This document shows positions 18,953-29,165 of a stretch of 64,000 nt of DNA, in pieces. The stretch lies in the sequence record SRR22947727_820; one strand, 5' to 3'. Position 1 is the first letter of the stretch. The number at the start of each line of letters is the position of its first letter. Below the pieces are notes generated by a model, which saw nothing but the letters and a program-made list of their open reading frames with translations, was not told the origin of the DNA and did no database searches. The position numbers were made by a program, and so were the translations under genes.

Positions 18953-20829
18953 TAGCCTTCAATTTTTGCTGCTAATTCAAACCAGCGCATTGTTTTTAGC
19001 TCTATGGTTTCAATGACTTCTTGAAGTTTTTTTGACCTGTCTTCTATAGTCTCCACAGACAATCCTTCTTCAAAAAAACTTTGTTCTAAGGCCAATTTGT
19101 CTTTCTCCAAACTTCTTATTTTAGACTCAAGTTGTTGGTACTCTTTTTGTTCATTAAAGGATATTTTTTGTTTTTGAGTAGTTGTTGCTGTTTTTGCAGC
19201 TGTTTGTTGTTGGATGCTTTTAGGCTTTATGGGCTCTTGTTCTTGGTCTTGACTGTCTTCGTATGCCCTGAAATCAGAATAATTCCCAGGGAAGTCTTCT
19301 ATATATCCCGCTCCTCTGAAAACAAATAAGTGGTCTACTATTTTATCCATAAAATAGCGGTCGTGAGATACAACGAGCAAGCATCCAGGATAATCCAATA
19401 AAAATGACTCCAAGACATTTAAAGTAACTATATCTAGATCATTGGTGGGTTCATCTAATATCAAAAAGTTTGGGTTTTGTATAAGTACGGTACATAAATA
19501 CAGCCTTTTGCGTTCTCCTCCACTGAGCTTTTCAACAAAATCATATTGTTTTTTTCTGTCGAATAAAAAGCGCTCTAATAATTGTTGGGCAGAAATTTGC
19601 CGTCCTTTTTTTAGTGGAATATAGTCTCCAAATTCACGAATGACATCAATCACTTTTTGTCCAGATTTTGATGGAATGCCGTCCTGGGTATAGTAGCCAA
19701 ATTTAATGGTGTCTCCAACGACTATTTTCCCACCGTCTACGCTTTCCTTTCCAGTAAGAATATTGAGAAAGGTAGATTTTCCTGTGCCATTTTTCCCAAT
19801 AATCCCTATGCGTTCCCCTCTTAGGAAATTATAATCAAAACCGTCTAAAATTGATTTATCTCCAAAGGATTTAAATAGTTTGTGACATTCTAAGATTTTT
19901 GTCCCCATACGTTCCATGTCAATTTCAAGTTGAATTTCATGGTCTTGTCTTCTTTGATGGGCACGTTCTTTTATTTGGGCAAAGTCATCTATTCTAGATT
20001 TTGATTTTGTTGTTCTTGCCTTTGGCTGACGTCGCATCCAATCCAATTCTTTTTTAAAGAGTCTTTTGGATTTGTGTTGTTCTACTTGTTCTTGTGATAG
20101 TCTGGCCTCTTTTTTTTCTAAATAATAAGCGTAATTCCCTCTATAGGTGTATAATTGCCCTTGGTCTAATTCAACAATTTCATTGCAAACACGTTCTAAA
20201 AAATAGCGGTCGTGCGTCACCATAAATAGGGTAATGTTTTCTTTGGCAAAATAAACTTCCAGCCATTCGATCATTTCTAAATCTAAGTGGTTTGTAGGTT
20301 CGTCTAAAATGAGCAAATCAGGTTTGTTAAGTAATGCGTTGGCTAACGCAACCCGTTTTTTTTGTCCTCCAGATAAAGCGGAAACTTTAAGTTGAAGGTC
20401 GTCTAGTTTTAGTTTGGATAGTATTTGTTGGTATTGGGTCTCAAAGTCCCAAGCGGCGTGTCTATCCATGGCATCAAAGGCTTTTTGGTAGCCATCTGCA
20501 TTGTCCATGTCTAATAATGCCTTCTCATAATTGGCTATGACTTTTAAGACCTCATTGTCTGAAGCTAGAATACATTGTTCAATAGTACTGTTTTCTGCGA
20601 GAATTGGCTCCTGGGCTAAAAAAGACACTTTAATGTCTTTTCTGTAATTAACCATGCCTTGGTCTGGCTGATCTAATCCTGAAAGGATATTTAAAATAGC
20701 CGTTTTACCACTGCCATTTTTAGCAATTAAAGCAATTTTTTGGTCCTTATTGACTCCAAATGACAATTGCTCAAACAAGACCAGTTCCCCGTAGGATTTA
20801 CTAATATTCTCAACACTTAAAAGGTTCAT
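18952..20829 (-). CDS. ABC-F family ATP-binding protein (Uup-like)
   Basis: Two NBDs (NGSGKT and NGTGKST, LSGG, LDEPTN), no TM, C-terminal coiled coil. Confidence 0.93.
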   Translation of the reverse strand: MNLLSVENISKSYGELVLFEQLSFGVNKDQKIALIAKNGSGKTAILNILSGLDQPDQGMVNYRKDIKVSFLAQEPILAENSTIEQCILASDNEVLKVIANYEKALLDMDNADGYQKAFDAMDRHAAWDFETQYQQILSKLKLDDLQLKVSALSGGQKKRVALANALLNKPDLLILDEPTNHLDLEMIEWLEVYFAKENITLFMVTHDRYFLERVCNEIVELDQGQLYTYRGNYAYYLEKKEARLSQEQVEQHKSKRLFKKELDWMRRQPKARTTKSKSRIDDFAQIKERAHQRRQDHEIQLEIDMERMGTKILECHKLFKSFGDKSILDGFDYNFLRGERIGIIGKNGTGKSTFLNILTGKESVDGGKIVVGDTIKFGYYTQDGIPSKSGQKVIDVIREFGDYIPLKKGRQISAQQLLERFLFDRKKQYDFVEKLSGGERKRLYLCTVLIQNPNFLILDEPTNDLDIVTLNVLESFLLDYPGCLLVVSHDRYFMDKIVDHLFVFRGAGYIEDFPGNYSDFRAYEDSQDQEQEPIKPKSIQQQTAAKTATTTQKQKISFNEQKEYQQLESKIRSLEKDKLALEQSFFEEGLSVETIEDRSKKLQEVIETIELKTMRWFELAAKIEG

Positions 20830-20838
20830 ATAACGGGG

Positions 20839-22026
20839 CTATTTTACAGGGTTCCATTGAAACGCCAAAGGTACGCTTCTCATCCATATAGCCCCTATGA
20901 TTGGGAAAAATAAGGGATCGAATTTTTGTATTCCTATCCAGTGTATTACTGGTGTTGCACTGAGTAATAAAACAAAAACTAAAGCAATGTATCGCTGTAT
21001 TTTGGTGGGCTTGTTGCCTCTGGTTTTTATGTTAATCCAAAGCATTAAAAATGCCCATGGAGACAACCATAATAAGTTAAAATTGTGCACGGTAGGGTGG
21101 TGGTCAGTCAGAAACCACAAAAAGAGCAGCAACAGACTCCCCAAAGCACTTAATCCAAATAATATTAAATTAAAACCCCATAATTTTTTTCCAGTAAAAT
21201 ATTCTATTGCACCTATGATTAGGGTGAGAATTAGTATTAAAAAGCTTGTAAAAGCGGGTGTGCTGTATAAACCTTCTTGAATTTTTGGTTTGGGCTTTGA
21301 TTCGTAAGACATGCGATCATTTTCTACAAGGGGTAAGCCACGAATTGTGAGAATTTCCAATGATTCTGAGAGATAGGTTGGTAAGAATTGATATTCTCTT
21401 GGGGCCACTATTTTGTCTACTTTGGCCCCTAATGCTAAATTTATACCAAATAAAGCCCAGCTGTTTGCAGCCAAGTTTTCAGAGAGTAGGTCTCTAAAAG
21501 TTTTTTTGAGGTCAGTAGCTTGGTTTATTTGTATGCCGCTTATAAGTCCGTTTTCTCCTATGAGGTCTCTGATTTTTGTGGCACAGTTGTTAAAGAAAAA
21601 ATCATAAGCATAGTCCCTATTTTCTGGTCGGTAGTTCTTTTCTAAAAAATTAAATAGGCGGTCCCTGCTGTTTTTATCCAAACGGAGTACTTGCTCTTTG
21701 ACACTTCTGTTTTCCATTTCATATTCAAAAAGAAAGTCACTAAAATATTGTCTTCCAAGGGTATAAGTAAGCTTTCCCTTGATGAAATTAGTGTAGAAAT
21801 TTGGTGCATAAAAATCAAATATGCCATAATTGTAGATTATGTCTAACTGCATCATAGGGTCTTGAACCCTTATGGCTGAATGCCCAAAAGAGGCATATAA
21901 ATCTGTCCCAGGTTCACAAGTTAAGATGCTTATAGCGGCATACTCACTTAATTTAAAATCTTGTGCTTGGATCTGTAAGGTTAAGAAAACAAAAACAAGA
22001 AAATTGTGAAATAGATTGGGCTTCAT
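20839..22026 (-). CDS. DUF4105 protein; lipoprotein N-acyltransferase Lnb-like
   Basis: LYASFGHSAIR, YNYGIFDF, YDFFFNNCAT, C-terminal TM helices. Confidence 0.8.
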   Translation of the reverse strand: MKPNLFHNFLVFVFLTLQIQAQDFKLSEYAAISILTCEPGTDLYASFGHSAIRVQDPMMQLDIIYNYGIFDFYAPNFYTNFIKGKLTYTLGRQYFSDFLFEYEMENRSVKEQVLRLDKNSRDRLFNFLEKNYRPENRDYAYDFFFNNCATKIRDLIGENGLISGIQINQATDLKKTFRDLLSENLAANSWALFGINLALGAKVDKIVAPREYQFLPTYLSESLEILTIRGLPLVENDRMSYESKPKPKIQEGLYSTPAFTSFLILILTLIIGAIEYFTGKKLWGFNLILFGLSALGSLLLLFLWFLTDHHPTVHNFNLLWLSPWAFLMLWINIKTRGNKPTKIQRYIALVFVLLLSATPVIHWIGIQKFDPLFFPIIGAIWMRSVPLAFQWNPVK

Positions 22027-22104
22027 GAACTGTGGTAATATTTATGTAAATATATACAAATCCCATTTCTCTGCCAGCTTAAGTGAGATGTTGTGTTATT
22101 ATTG

Positions 22105-22112
22105 TATTTTTG
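22105..22112 (+). promoter_or_regulatory. sigma70 -7 element (TATTTTTG) directly before pssA
   Basis: TAnnTTTG 4 nt before the GTG start. Confidence 0.65.
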
Positions 22113-22116
22113 ACCT

Positions 22117-22833
22117 GTGAAAAATATTAAAAGTTTTATTCCAAATGCGATTACCGCATTGAATTTATTGTCCGGTTTATTGGCTGTAATTGCTGTTTTA
22201 GAAAATGAAATACTTTTAGCAATGCTATTTGTTTTTACAGGCATTGTTTTTGACTTTTTTGATGGTTTTGCAGCCCGAATATTACATGTAAAAAGTGAAA
22301 TGGGTAAACAGTTAGATTCTTTGGCAGATCTAGTAACTTCTGGTGTAGTCCCTGGCTTGGCAATTTATAAGATGTTAAATCCCTCTGGATTCACTTTAGT
22401 GGAGGTGCTCATATTTGATCAGCTTCCATTGGTTGGGCTAATCATTCCTATTGGGGCAGCTTTCCGATTGGCTTTTTTCAATATTGACACAAGACAAACG
22501 GATCATTTTATTGGCTTGCCCACCCCTGCAGGTGCACTACTTGTACTCTCTGTGCCTTGTATGCTTTTTTTTCCTACGGCAGATGGGTTAAAAGAAGTCT
22601 TATTGTCTCACTATTTTCTGGTAGGCTTTTCTGTTTTCATTGTCACAGTAATGAATGCGCCCATAAAGCTTTTTTCTTTGAAATTTAAAAATTTTAAATG
22701 GCGGGGAAATGAGCTTAGATATTCTTTTATTTTCACCTCTGTTATACTTTTAATGGCACTTGAATTTGCCGGATTGGCTTTGGTCATTCTATTGTACTTA
22801 TTCAGTGGCTTATTTTCTCAGAAGCTCCATTAA
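22117..22833 (+). CDS. pssA: CDP-alcohol phosphatidyltransferase (phosphatidylserine synthase-like)
   Basis: DFFDGFAAR...GKQLDSLADLVTSG, RLAFFN, FIGLPTP. Confidence 0.85.
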   Translation: MKNIKSFIPNAITALNLLSGLLAVIAVLENEILLAMLFVFTGIVFDFFDGFAARILHVKSEMGKQLDSLADLVTSGVVPGLAIYKMLNPSGFTLVEVLIFDQLPLVGLIIPIGAAFRLAFFNIDTRQTDHFIGLPTPAGALLVLSVPCMLFFPTADGLKEVLLSHYFLVGFSVFIVTVMNAPIKLFSLKFKNFKWRGNELRYSFIFTSVILLMALEFAGLALVILLYLFSGLFSQKLH

Positions 22834-23570
22834 AAGTCCAGCTTCTTTTTCCTGAGCTCAAAATTTTGACCCAAATACACTTTTCTAACCATTTCATCTT
22901 TGGCTAAATCTTCCGGAATTCCAGCCTTTAATATACCACCCTCGAACATGAGGTAAGACCTTTCTGTAATGGCTAAAGTCTCTTGGACATTGTGGTCTGT
23001 AATTAATATTCCAATATTTTTATCTTTAAGCTGGGCCACAATTCTTTGAATATCTTCTACTGCAACGGGATCTACACCAGCAAAAGGTTCGTCTAAGAGT
23101 ATAAATTTTGGGTCTGTAGCTAAAGCTCTAGCAATTTCTGTTCTTCTTCTTTCTCCCCCAGAAAGTAAATCGCCCCTGTTTTTTCTGATGTGCCCCAAAC
23201 TAAATTCTTCAATGAGGGATTCCATTTTCATTTCTTGCTCTTTCTTGGTGAGATTAGTGAGTTGTAATACACTCATGATATTTTCTTCAATACTGAGTTT
23301 TCTAAACACAGAAGCCTCTTGAGCCAAATAGCCAATACCGCTTTGAGCACGTTTGTACATAGGGTAATTGGTGATGTTTGTTTGGTCTAAATGTATGGCA
23401 CCTCCATTGGGTTTGATAAGGCCTACTATCATATAAAATGAAGTGGTTTTACCTGCTCCGTTTGGTCCTAATAAACCCACTATTTCTCCTTGGTTTACTT
23501 CTAGAGAAATACCTTTAACTACGGTGCGACCGCGGTAAGATTTCATGATGTTAGTGGCACTTAGTTTCAT
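22830..23570 (-). CDS. lptB: LPS export ABC transporter ATP-binding protein
   Basis: GPNGAGKTTSFY, YLAQEASVFRKL, LSGGERRRTEIAR, ITDHNV. Confidence 0.96.
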   Translation of the reverse strand: MKLSATNIMKSYRGRTVVKGISLEVNQGEIVGLLGPNGAGKTTSFYMIVGLIKPNGGAIHLDQTNITNYPMYKRAQSGIGYLAQEASVFRKLSIEENIMSVLQLTNLTKKEQEMKMESLIEEFSLGHIRKNRGDLLSGGERRRTEIARALATDPKFILLDEPFAGVDPVAVEDIQRIVAQLKDKNIGILITDHNVQETLAITERSYLMFEGGILKAGIPEDLAKDEMVRKVYLGQNFELRKKKLDF

Positions 23571-23590
23571 AGACAGTTGTTTGGTATTTG

Positions 23591-23941
23591 CTATTTATTT
23601 TCTTCTTGAATGGCTTCCCAGTATTCGTAAGCCCTTCTCAAATGGGGAATGACTATAGTTCCTCCCACTAAGGTAGCTATTCCTAGGGTTTCCATGACTT
23701 CTTCATGACTAGCTCCTGCCTTTGAAGACCCCTCTAAGTGATATTTTACACAGTCATCACAGCGCAGCACAGCAGATGCTACCAAACCTAAAAGTTCTTT
23801 TGTTTTCACATCTAAGGTTCCTTCTGCAAAAGCATTGGTGTCCAAATTAAAAATACGCTTGATTAACTTATTATTGTCTGCTAAGATTTTATCATTCATC
23901 TTGGCCCTATAATCATTAAACTCTTGAACTTTATTTTCCAT
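23591..23941 (-). CDS. Carboxymuconolactone decarboxylase / AhpD-like protein
   Basis: KTKELLGLVAS.VLRCDDCVKYH with CxxC. Confidence 0.88.
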   Translation of the reverse strand: MENKVQEFNDYRAKMNDKILADNNKLIKRIFNLDTNAFAEGTLDVKTKELLGLVASAVLRCDDCVKYHLEGSSKAGASHEEVMETLGIATLVGGTIVIPHLRRAYEYWEAIQEENK

Positions 23942-24761
23942 TTTTACGCATCTTTTTTAAATCTCTTTTAATCACAATTCTTGAAATCACAATACTGATT
24001 TGGTATAAAATCATAATAGGAACAGCCACAACTACTTGGCTGGCAACATCTGGAGGTGTAATGATTGCAGATAGTATTAAAACAACTACCAATGAAATTT
24101 TACGGTACTTTTTGAGTATCTCTGGAGTGACTAAACCAACCTTAGTAAGAAAGTAAACAATGATAGGTAATTCAAAAATAAGCCCACAAGCCAATACGGA
24201 TGCTCTTACGGTAGCTACATAAGAATTTAAATCTATGTCATTAAATACCTCTTTACTTACCGTGTAACTTCCCAAGAAATTGATAGATAAAGGAGCCACT
24301 ATATAATAGCCAAAAAGGACACCAGAGAAAAACAAAAAAGAGGCTACAAAAATAAACCCCCTGGCATTTTTTCTCTCTGTTTCGTGTAATCCAGGACCAA
24401 TAAATTTCCATATTTCATATAATACATATGGAAACCCTACAATAAGACCTGCCCAAATTGAAGTCCAAATATGTGCAGAAAATTGCCCTGCCATTTCCCT
24501 GCTCTGAATTCTAAACAGCGGCTCACTGCTACAAAATGCATCGCTAAAACCCAATAATTGAGATAGGTTGCAAAACATTTTGTAAGTGGGAAAATCAGAT
24601 TTTTTAGGTCCAAATAGGACCGTTTCAAAAACAAAGTCTTTCATTAAAAAAGCCACAGTCCCAATAATAAGAACGCCCATGGTAGCCCTTATAAGATGCC
24701 ACCTAAGTTCTTCTAGATGGTCTAAGAATGACATCTCATTCACATTCTTTTTTTGCGCCAT
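23931..24761 (-). CDS. tatC: Twin-arginine translocase subunit TatC
   Basis: MSFLDHLEELRW, FELP, AIITPPD. Confidence 0.96.
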   Translation of the reverse strand: MAQKKNVNEMSFLDHLEELRWHLIRATMGVLIIGTVAFLMKDFVFETVLFGPKKSDFPTYKMFCNLSQLLGFSDAFCSSEPLFRIQSREMAGQFSAHIWTSIWAGLIVGFPYVLYEIWKFIGPGLHETERKNARGFIFVASFLFFSGVLFGYYIVAPLSINFLGSYTVSKEVFNDIDLNSYVATVRASVLACGLIFELPIIVYFLTKVGLVTPEILKKYRKISLVVVLILSAIITPPDVASQVVVAVPIMILYQISIVISRIVIKRDLKKMRKNGK

Positions 24762-25726
24762 TATAAAAGTCCTTCTTGAATTAAGTTATGTAAATGTACA
24801 ATTCCCACATATTTATTTTCATGAACCGCTAACAATTGCGTAATATGATTTTCTTGCATTATTTTAAGTGCTTCTACCGCCATTGCTTCTTGCGAAATGG
24901 TTTTGGGAGAATGACTCATAATATCTTTGGCACAGAGGGCAGCAATATTGTCGTGTTTATTTAGCATTCTTCGAATATCTCCATCTGTAACAATACCCAC
25001 AATCGTATTTCCCTCTACCACAGCTGCAGCACCTAGAAGCTTTTTAGAAATCTCCATAATGACTTCTTTTACTTTAGTTTGAGGCGTTACCATAGGAGTG
25101 GCGTTGTTTTTAACCAGATCAGAAACCCTCAAATACAATTTTTTCCCTAAGGCACCTCCGGGATGGTATTGGGCAAAATCTTTAGATCCAAATTCTTTAA
25201 GCTCTAAAAGACATATGGCAATTGCGTCTCCCATCACCAATTGAGCAGTAGTACTTGTGGTAGGGGCTAAGTTATTTGGACATGCTTCTTTAGCTACGTA
25301 TGTGTTTAATACAAAATCTGCGTGCTGGGCTAAAAATGAATCAGTGTTTCCAGTAATCGCTATTAATGGATTTTGCCCTCTCTTTAAGAGCGGCACCAAA
25401 ACTTTAATCTCAGGAGTGTTTCCGCTTTTTGAAATGCATATGACAGGATCTCCGTTTTGAATGGTGCCTAAATCACCATGAATGGCGTCTGCGGCGTGCA
25501 TAAAAATAGCAGGAGTACCTGTTGAATTCATGGTGGCCACTATTTTATTGGCGATTATGGCACTTTTGCCAATACCTGTAATAACTACTCTGCCAGTAGA
25601 TTGTAATATGGTTTGAACGGCCTTTTCAAATGCAGTATTTAATAGAGGTATAATGGCGTCTAAGGCATCCCTTTCAATTTGAAAAGTTCTAACGGCACTC
25701 TCTAAAATTTTTGGAGTAGAATTCAA
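24761..25726 (-). CDS. kdsD: Arabinose-5-phosphate isomerase (KpsF/GutQ; SIS plus CBS)
   Basis: TGIGKS, HGDLG, SKSGNT, APTTSTT, HPGGALG, CBS pair. Confidence 0.93.
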   Translation of the reverse strand: MNSTPKILESAVRTFQIERDALDAIIPLLNTAFEKAVQTILQSTGRVVITGIGKSAIIANKIVATMNSTGTPAIFMHAADAIHGDLGTIQNGDPVICISKSGNTPEIKVLVPLLKRGQNPLIAITGNTDSFLAQHADFVLNTYVAKEACPNNLAPTTSTTAQLVMGDAIAICLLELKEFGSKDFAQYHPGGALGKKLYLRVSDLVKNNATPMVTPQTKVKEVIMEISKKLLGAAAVVEGNTIVGIVTDGDIRRMLNKHDNIAALCAKDIMSHSPKTISQEAMAVEALKIMQENHITQLLAVHENKYVGIVHLHNLIQEGLL

Positions 25727-25871
25727 CTGAAAAATATTTTTTATGGTTCTTTTGCGAAAAGAATGTATTATATTTAGAAAACAAAATTACACAAAGATAC
25801 CTATATGAGGTGTTTTTACTTTAATTATTAAGTGAAAAAGACCCACCCCAAAAATTTGACGGAACAATCTT

Positions 25872-28073
25872 ATGGAAATGAATGATTATGACTTGCGTGC
25901 TGCCCTGAAACAATACTTTGGTTTCTCGGAGTTTAAAGGCCGTCAAGAAGCAGTAATTAAAAATGTACTGGCCAAGAAGCATAGTTTCGTAATCATGCCT
26001 ACTGGTGGAGGTAAATCCATGTGCTATCAGTTGCCCGCTTTACTTCAAGAGGGAACAGCCATAGTAGTTTCTCCGTTAATTGCATTAATGAAAAATCAGG
26101 TAGACGCCATTAGAGGGGTTTCCGCAAATCCTGGAGTGGCCCATGTATTGAATTCATCTTTGACAAAGACAGAAATAAAACAAGTCAAAAGCGATGTTGT
26201 CAATGGAATTACAAAACTTTTATACGTAGCACCTGAATCTCTTACAAAAGAGGAGAATGTGGCTTTTTTAAATACCGTCACGGTTTCATTTGTTGCTGTA
26301 GATGAAGCACATTGTATTTCAGAATGGGGACATGATTTTAGGCCTGAATACAGGAATTTACAAAGAATTATTGAAAGGGTTGGTGCAAATATTCCAATCA
26401 TAGGTCTTACGGCCACTGCAACGCCTAAAGTTCAGGAAGATATTATTAAAAATTTGGGCATTACAGATGCAACCGTTTTTAAATCTTCCTTTAATAGACC
26501 TAATCTTTTTTATGAAGTTAGGCCCAAAACCCAGAATGTAGAGGCAGATATTATTCGATTCGTAAAACAGCATGTTGGAAAATCGGGTATTATTTATTGC
26601 CTTAGCAGAAAAAAAGTAGAGGAACTGGCCCAGATTTTACAAGTAAATGGGGTGAGTGCTGTGCCTTATCATGCTGGTTTTGACACTAAAACGAGGTCTA
26701 AATATCAGGATATGTTTCTCATGGAGGAGGTAGATGTTGTGGTGGCGACTATAGCCTTTGGTATGGGTATAGATAAACCAGACGTGAGGTATGTAATTCA
26801 CCACGATATTCCCAAGAGTATCGAAAGCTACTATCAAGAGACAGGAAGGGCTGGAAGAGATGGAGGAGAAGGACATTGCTTGGCCTTTTACTCTTATAAA
26901 GATGTAGAGAAGTTAGAAAAGTTCATGGCGGGTAAACCCGTTGCCGAACAAGAGATTGGCAACGCATTACTTCAAGAAATTGTTGGCTTTGCAGAGACTT
27001 CCATTTCAAGAAGAAAATTTATACTTCACTACTTTGGTGAAGATTTTGATGAGGTTCATGGCGAAGGTGCAGGTATGGATGATAATTCAAGAAATCCTAA
27101 AGAGAAAGAAGAGGCAGGGGAGCAGCTGGTGAAATTACTTGTTGTTGTGCAACAAACTAAAGAAAAGTTTAAGTCTAAAGAAATTGTAAAGGTGCTTGTG
27201 GGTAAGTCCAATGCATTGATCAGTTCCCACAGAACAGATGAAAAGCCTTTTTTTGGTATTGGAAATGAAAAAGAAAAGGGGTATTGGATGGCATTAATTC
27301 GCCAATCTTTGGTAGCTGGTTTTCTCAAAAAGGAAATTGAACAGTACGGTATTCTCAAATTAACGGACCATGGAAAATCTTATTTAGACAGCCCAGTTTC
27401 TTTTTTAATGACAAAAGACCATATTTATAATGCTGCTAATGATCAGGCTATTGTGAGTGCTGCTAAAGCCGCGGCTGGGGTGGCAGATGAAGTATTGTAT
27501 AAATTGTTAAAGTCAATTACCGTTTCTCAATCTAAGAAACTCGGTGTACCTCCATATGTAATTTTTCAGGAGCCTTCTTTACAAGATATGGCATTGAAAT
27601 ACCCATTAAGTCACGGGGAACTTGTTAATATTCATGGTGTAGGCGAGGGTAAAGCTAAAAAATATGGTGCCCCATTTATAGAGGCTATTAATCAATATGT
27701 AACAGACAACGACATTCATAGACCCCAAGATTTGGTCGTGAAAAGTACTGGAGCCAATTCTGTTTTGAAACTGTATGTCATTCAAAATATTGATAGAAAA
27801 CTGCCTTTAGATGACATAGCGCAAGCAAAAGGACTCACCACAAATGATTTGATAAAAGAAATGGAGCAGATAGTCTTTTCGGGGACAAAATTAAACCTGG
27901 GTTACTGGGTAGATGAAATTTTAGATGAAGACCAACAAGAGGAGTTACAGGATTATTTTCTTCAATCTGACTCGGATGATATTGAAACAGCCAGTGCGGC
28001 TTTTGATGGAGATTATGAAGAAGAGGAGCTTAGGTTGTATCGCATTAAGTTTATTAGTGAGGTAGCCAATTAG
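25872..28073 (+). CDS. recQ: ATP-dependent DNA helicase RecQ
   Basis: MPTGGGKSMCYQ, DEAHCISEWGHDFRPEY, QETGRAGRDG, RQC and HRDC regions. Confidence 0.97.
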   Translation: MEMNDYDLRAALKQYFGFSEFKGRQEAVIKNVLAKKHSFVIMPTGGGKSMCYQLPALLQEGTAIVVSPLIALMKNQVDAIRGVSANPGVAHVLNSSLTKTEIKQVKSDVVNGITKLLYVAPESLTKEENVAFLNTVTVSFVAVDEAHCISEWGHDFRPEYRNLQRIIERVGANIPIIGLTATATPKVQEDIIKNLGITDATVFKSSFNRPNLFYEVRPKTQNVEADIIRFVKQHVGKSGIIYCLSRKKVEELAQILQVNGVSAVPYHAGFDTKTRSKYQDMFLMEEVDVVVATIAFGMGIDKPDVRYVIHHDIPKSIESYYQETGRAGRDGGEGHCLAFYSYKDVEKLEKFMAGKPVAEQEIGNALLQEIVGFAETSISRRKFILHYFGEDFDEVHGEGAGMDDNSRNPKEKEEAGEQLVKLLVVVQQTKEKFKSKEIVKVLVGKSNALISSHRTDEKPFFGIGNEKEKGYWMALIRQSLVAGFLKKEIEQYGILKLTDHGKSYLDSPVSFLMTKDHIYNAANDQAIVSAAKAAAGVADEVLYKLLKSITVSQSKKLGVPPYVIFQEPSLQDMALKYPLSHGELVNIHGVGEGKAKKYGAPFIEAINQYVTDNDIHRPQDLVVKSTGANSVLKLYVIQNIDRKLPLDDIAQAKGLTTNDLIKEMEQIVFSGTKLNLGYWVDEILDEDQQEELQDYFLQSDSDDIETASAAFDGDYEEEELRLYRIKFISEVAN

Positions 28074-28118
28074 TTATTTCAATAGTAAAACAATTCCCTT
28101 GTTTTTTAACTATGTTTG

Positions 28119-29159
28119 TTATTTCACTACGGCTTCGGTCACTGTAATCTCTAAACTTGCTGCATTAAAAACCGATTGAGCCCCAATAGGCAGGGTACAA
28201 TTATCTGGTACATGACCAAATGACAATCCATAGGCAGCGGGAATTTTTAAAGGACTTATTCTATTTTCAATCACTTCTCTTAGGGTAAAATTTCCCTTAT
28301 CTTTTTCAGTATCACAGCCAGCACACACCCCAAAAGCAATCCCTGCTGCTTTTTTAAATGTTTTTGTCCCTATTAATTGTGTGAGCATTCTGTCTATGCG
28401 ATAGGGCTTTTCCTCTACGTCTTCAATACAAACAATGCAGTCTGTAAAGTTTATCTCATAGGGTGTTCCAATTAAAGCAGCAATTAGCGTAAGGCTGCCT
28501 CCAACCAATTTCCCCTTGGCTATTCCAGGATAGATGGTGTATCTCTGGTATTCAGAAAATGAGTTGTATTGGCTTCCTTCTAAATTTACGGGACTAATAA
28601 GGGTATGATTAGAAAGGTTCATGAGTAAGTTCTCAATGCAGGATTGCGCATATTTATTTTCTATGGTGGTACCCACCGGTCCGTGAAACCCAATTAAACC
28701 AGTTTTTGAATATATCCCTTGGATTAGGGCAGTCACGTCTGAAAAGCCCAAAAGTATTTTAGGATTATTTTTAATGATTTTATAATCTAATAAATCTAAT
28801 ATTCGCGTACATCCATAACCACCTCTAGCACATAAAATAGCGTCTACGGAGGGATTAGAAAACATCTCCATGACATCTAAAGCCCTTTGTTCGTCTGTAT
28901 TGCTAAAATATCCATGCTGGCCAATTCTGCCCGTTTTGAATACTTTAAAACCGCTTTGCTCAAGGAAAAACACCATTTGTGTTATTTTCTTCTCACTCAC
29001 CGCAAATCCAGGCGCTATTAAGCCTATGGTCTGGCCTTTTTCTAAACGTTTTGGATAGAGATTTTTCTTAGGACTATTACTTATTTTAGAAGTATTTGCT
29101 AAAAGTGTGGTAGCGCCAATAGATAGTATTCCAGAGAGGAAATGTCTTCTTTTAATCAT
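28119..29159 (-). CDS. LD-carboxypeptidase, peptidase S66, Tat-like signal
   Basis: KRRHFL; ARGGYG, GFSDVT, IEDVEE, FGH. Confidence 0.92.
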   Translation of the reverse strand: MIKRRHFLSGILSIGATTLLANTSKISNSPKKNLYPKRLEKGQTIGLIAPGFAVSEKKITQMVFFLEQSGFKVFKTGRIGQHGYFSNTDEQRALDVMEMFSNPSVDAILCARGGYGCTRILDLLDYKIIKNNPKILLGFSDVTALIQGIYSKTGLIGFHGPVGTTIENKYAQSCIENLLMNLSNHTLISPVNLEGSQYNSFSEYQRYTIYPGIAKGKLVGGSLTLIAALIGTPYEINFTDCIVCIEDVEEKPYRIDRMLTQLIGTKTFKKAAGIAFGVCAGCDTEKDKGNFTLREVIENRISPLKIPAAYGLSFGHVPDNCTLPIGAQSVFNAASLEITVTEAVVK

Positions 29160-29165
29160 AATAAA

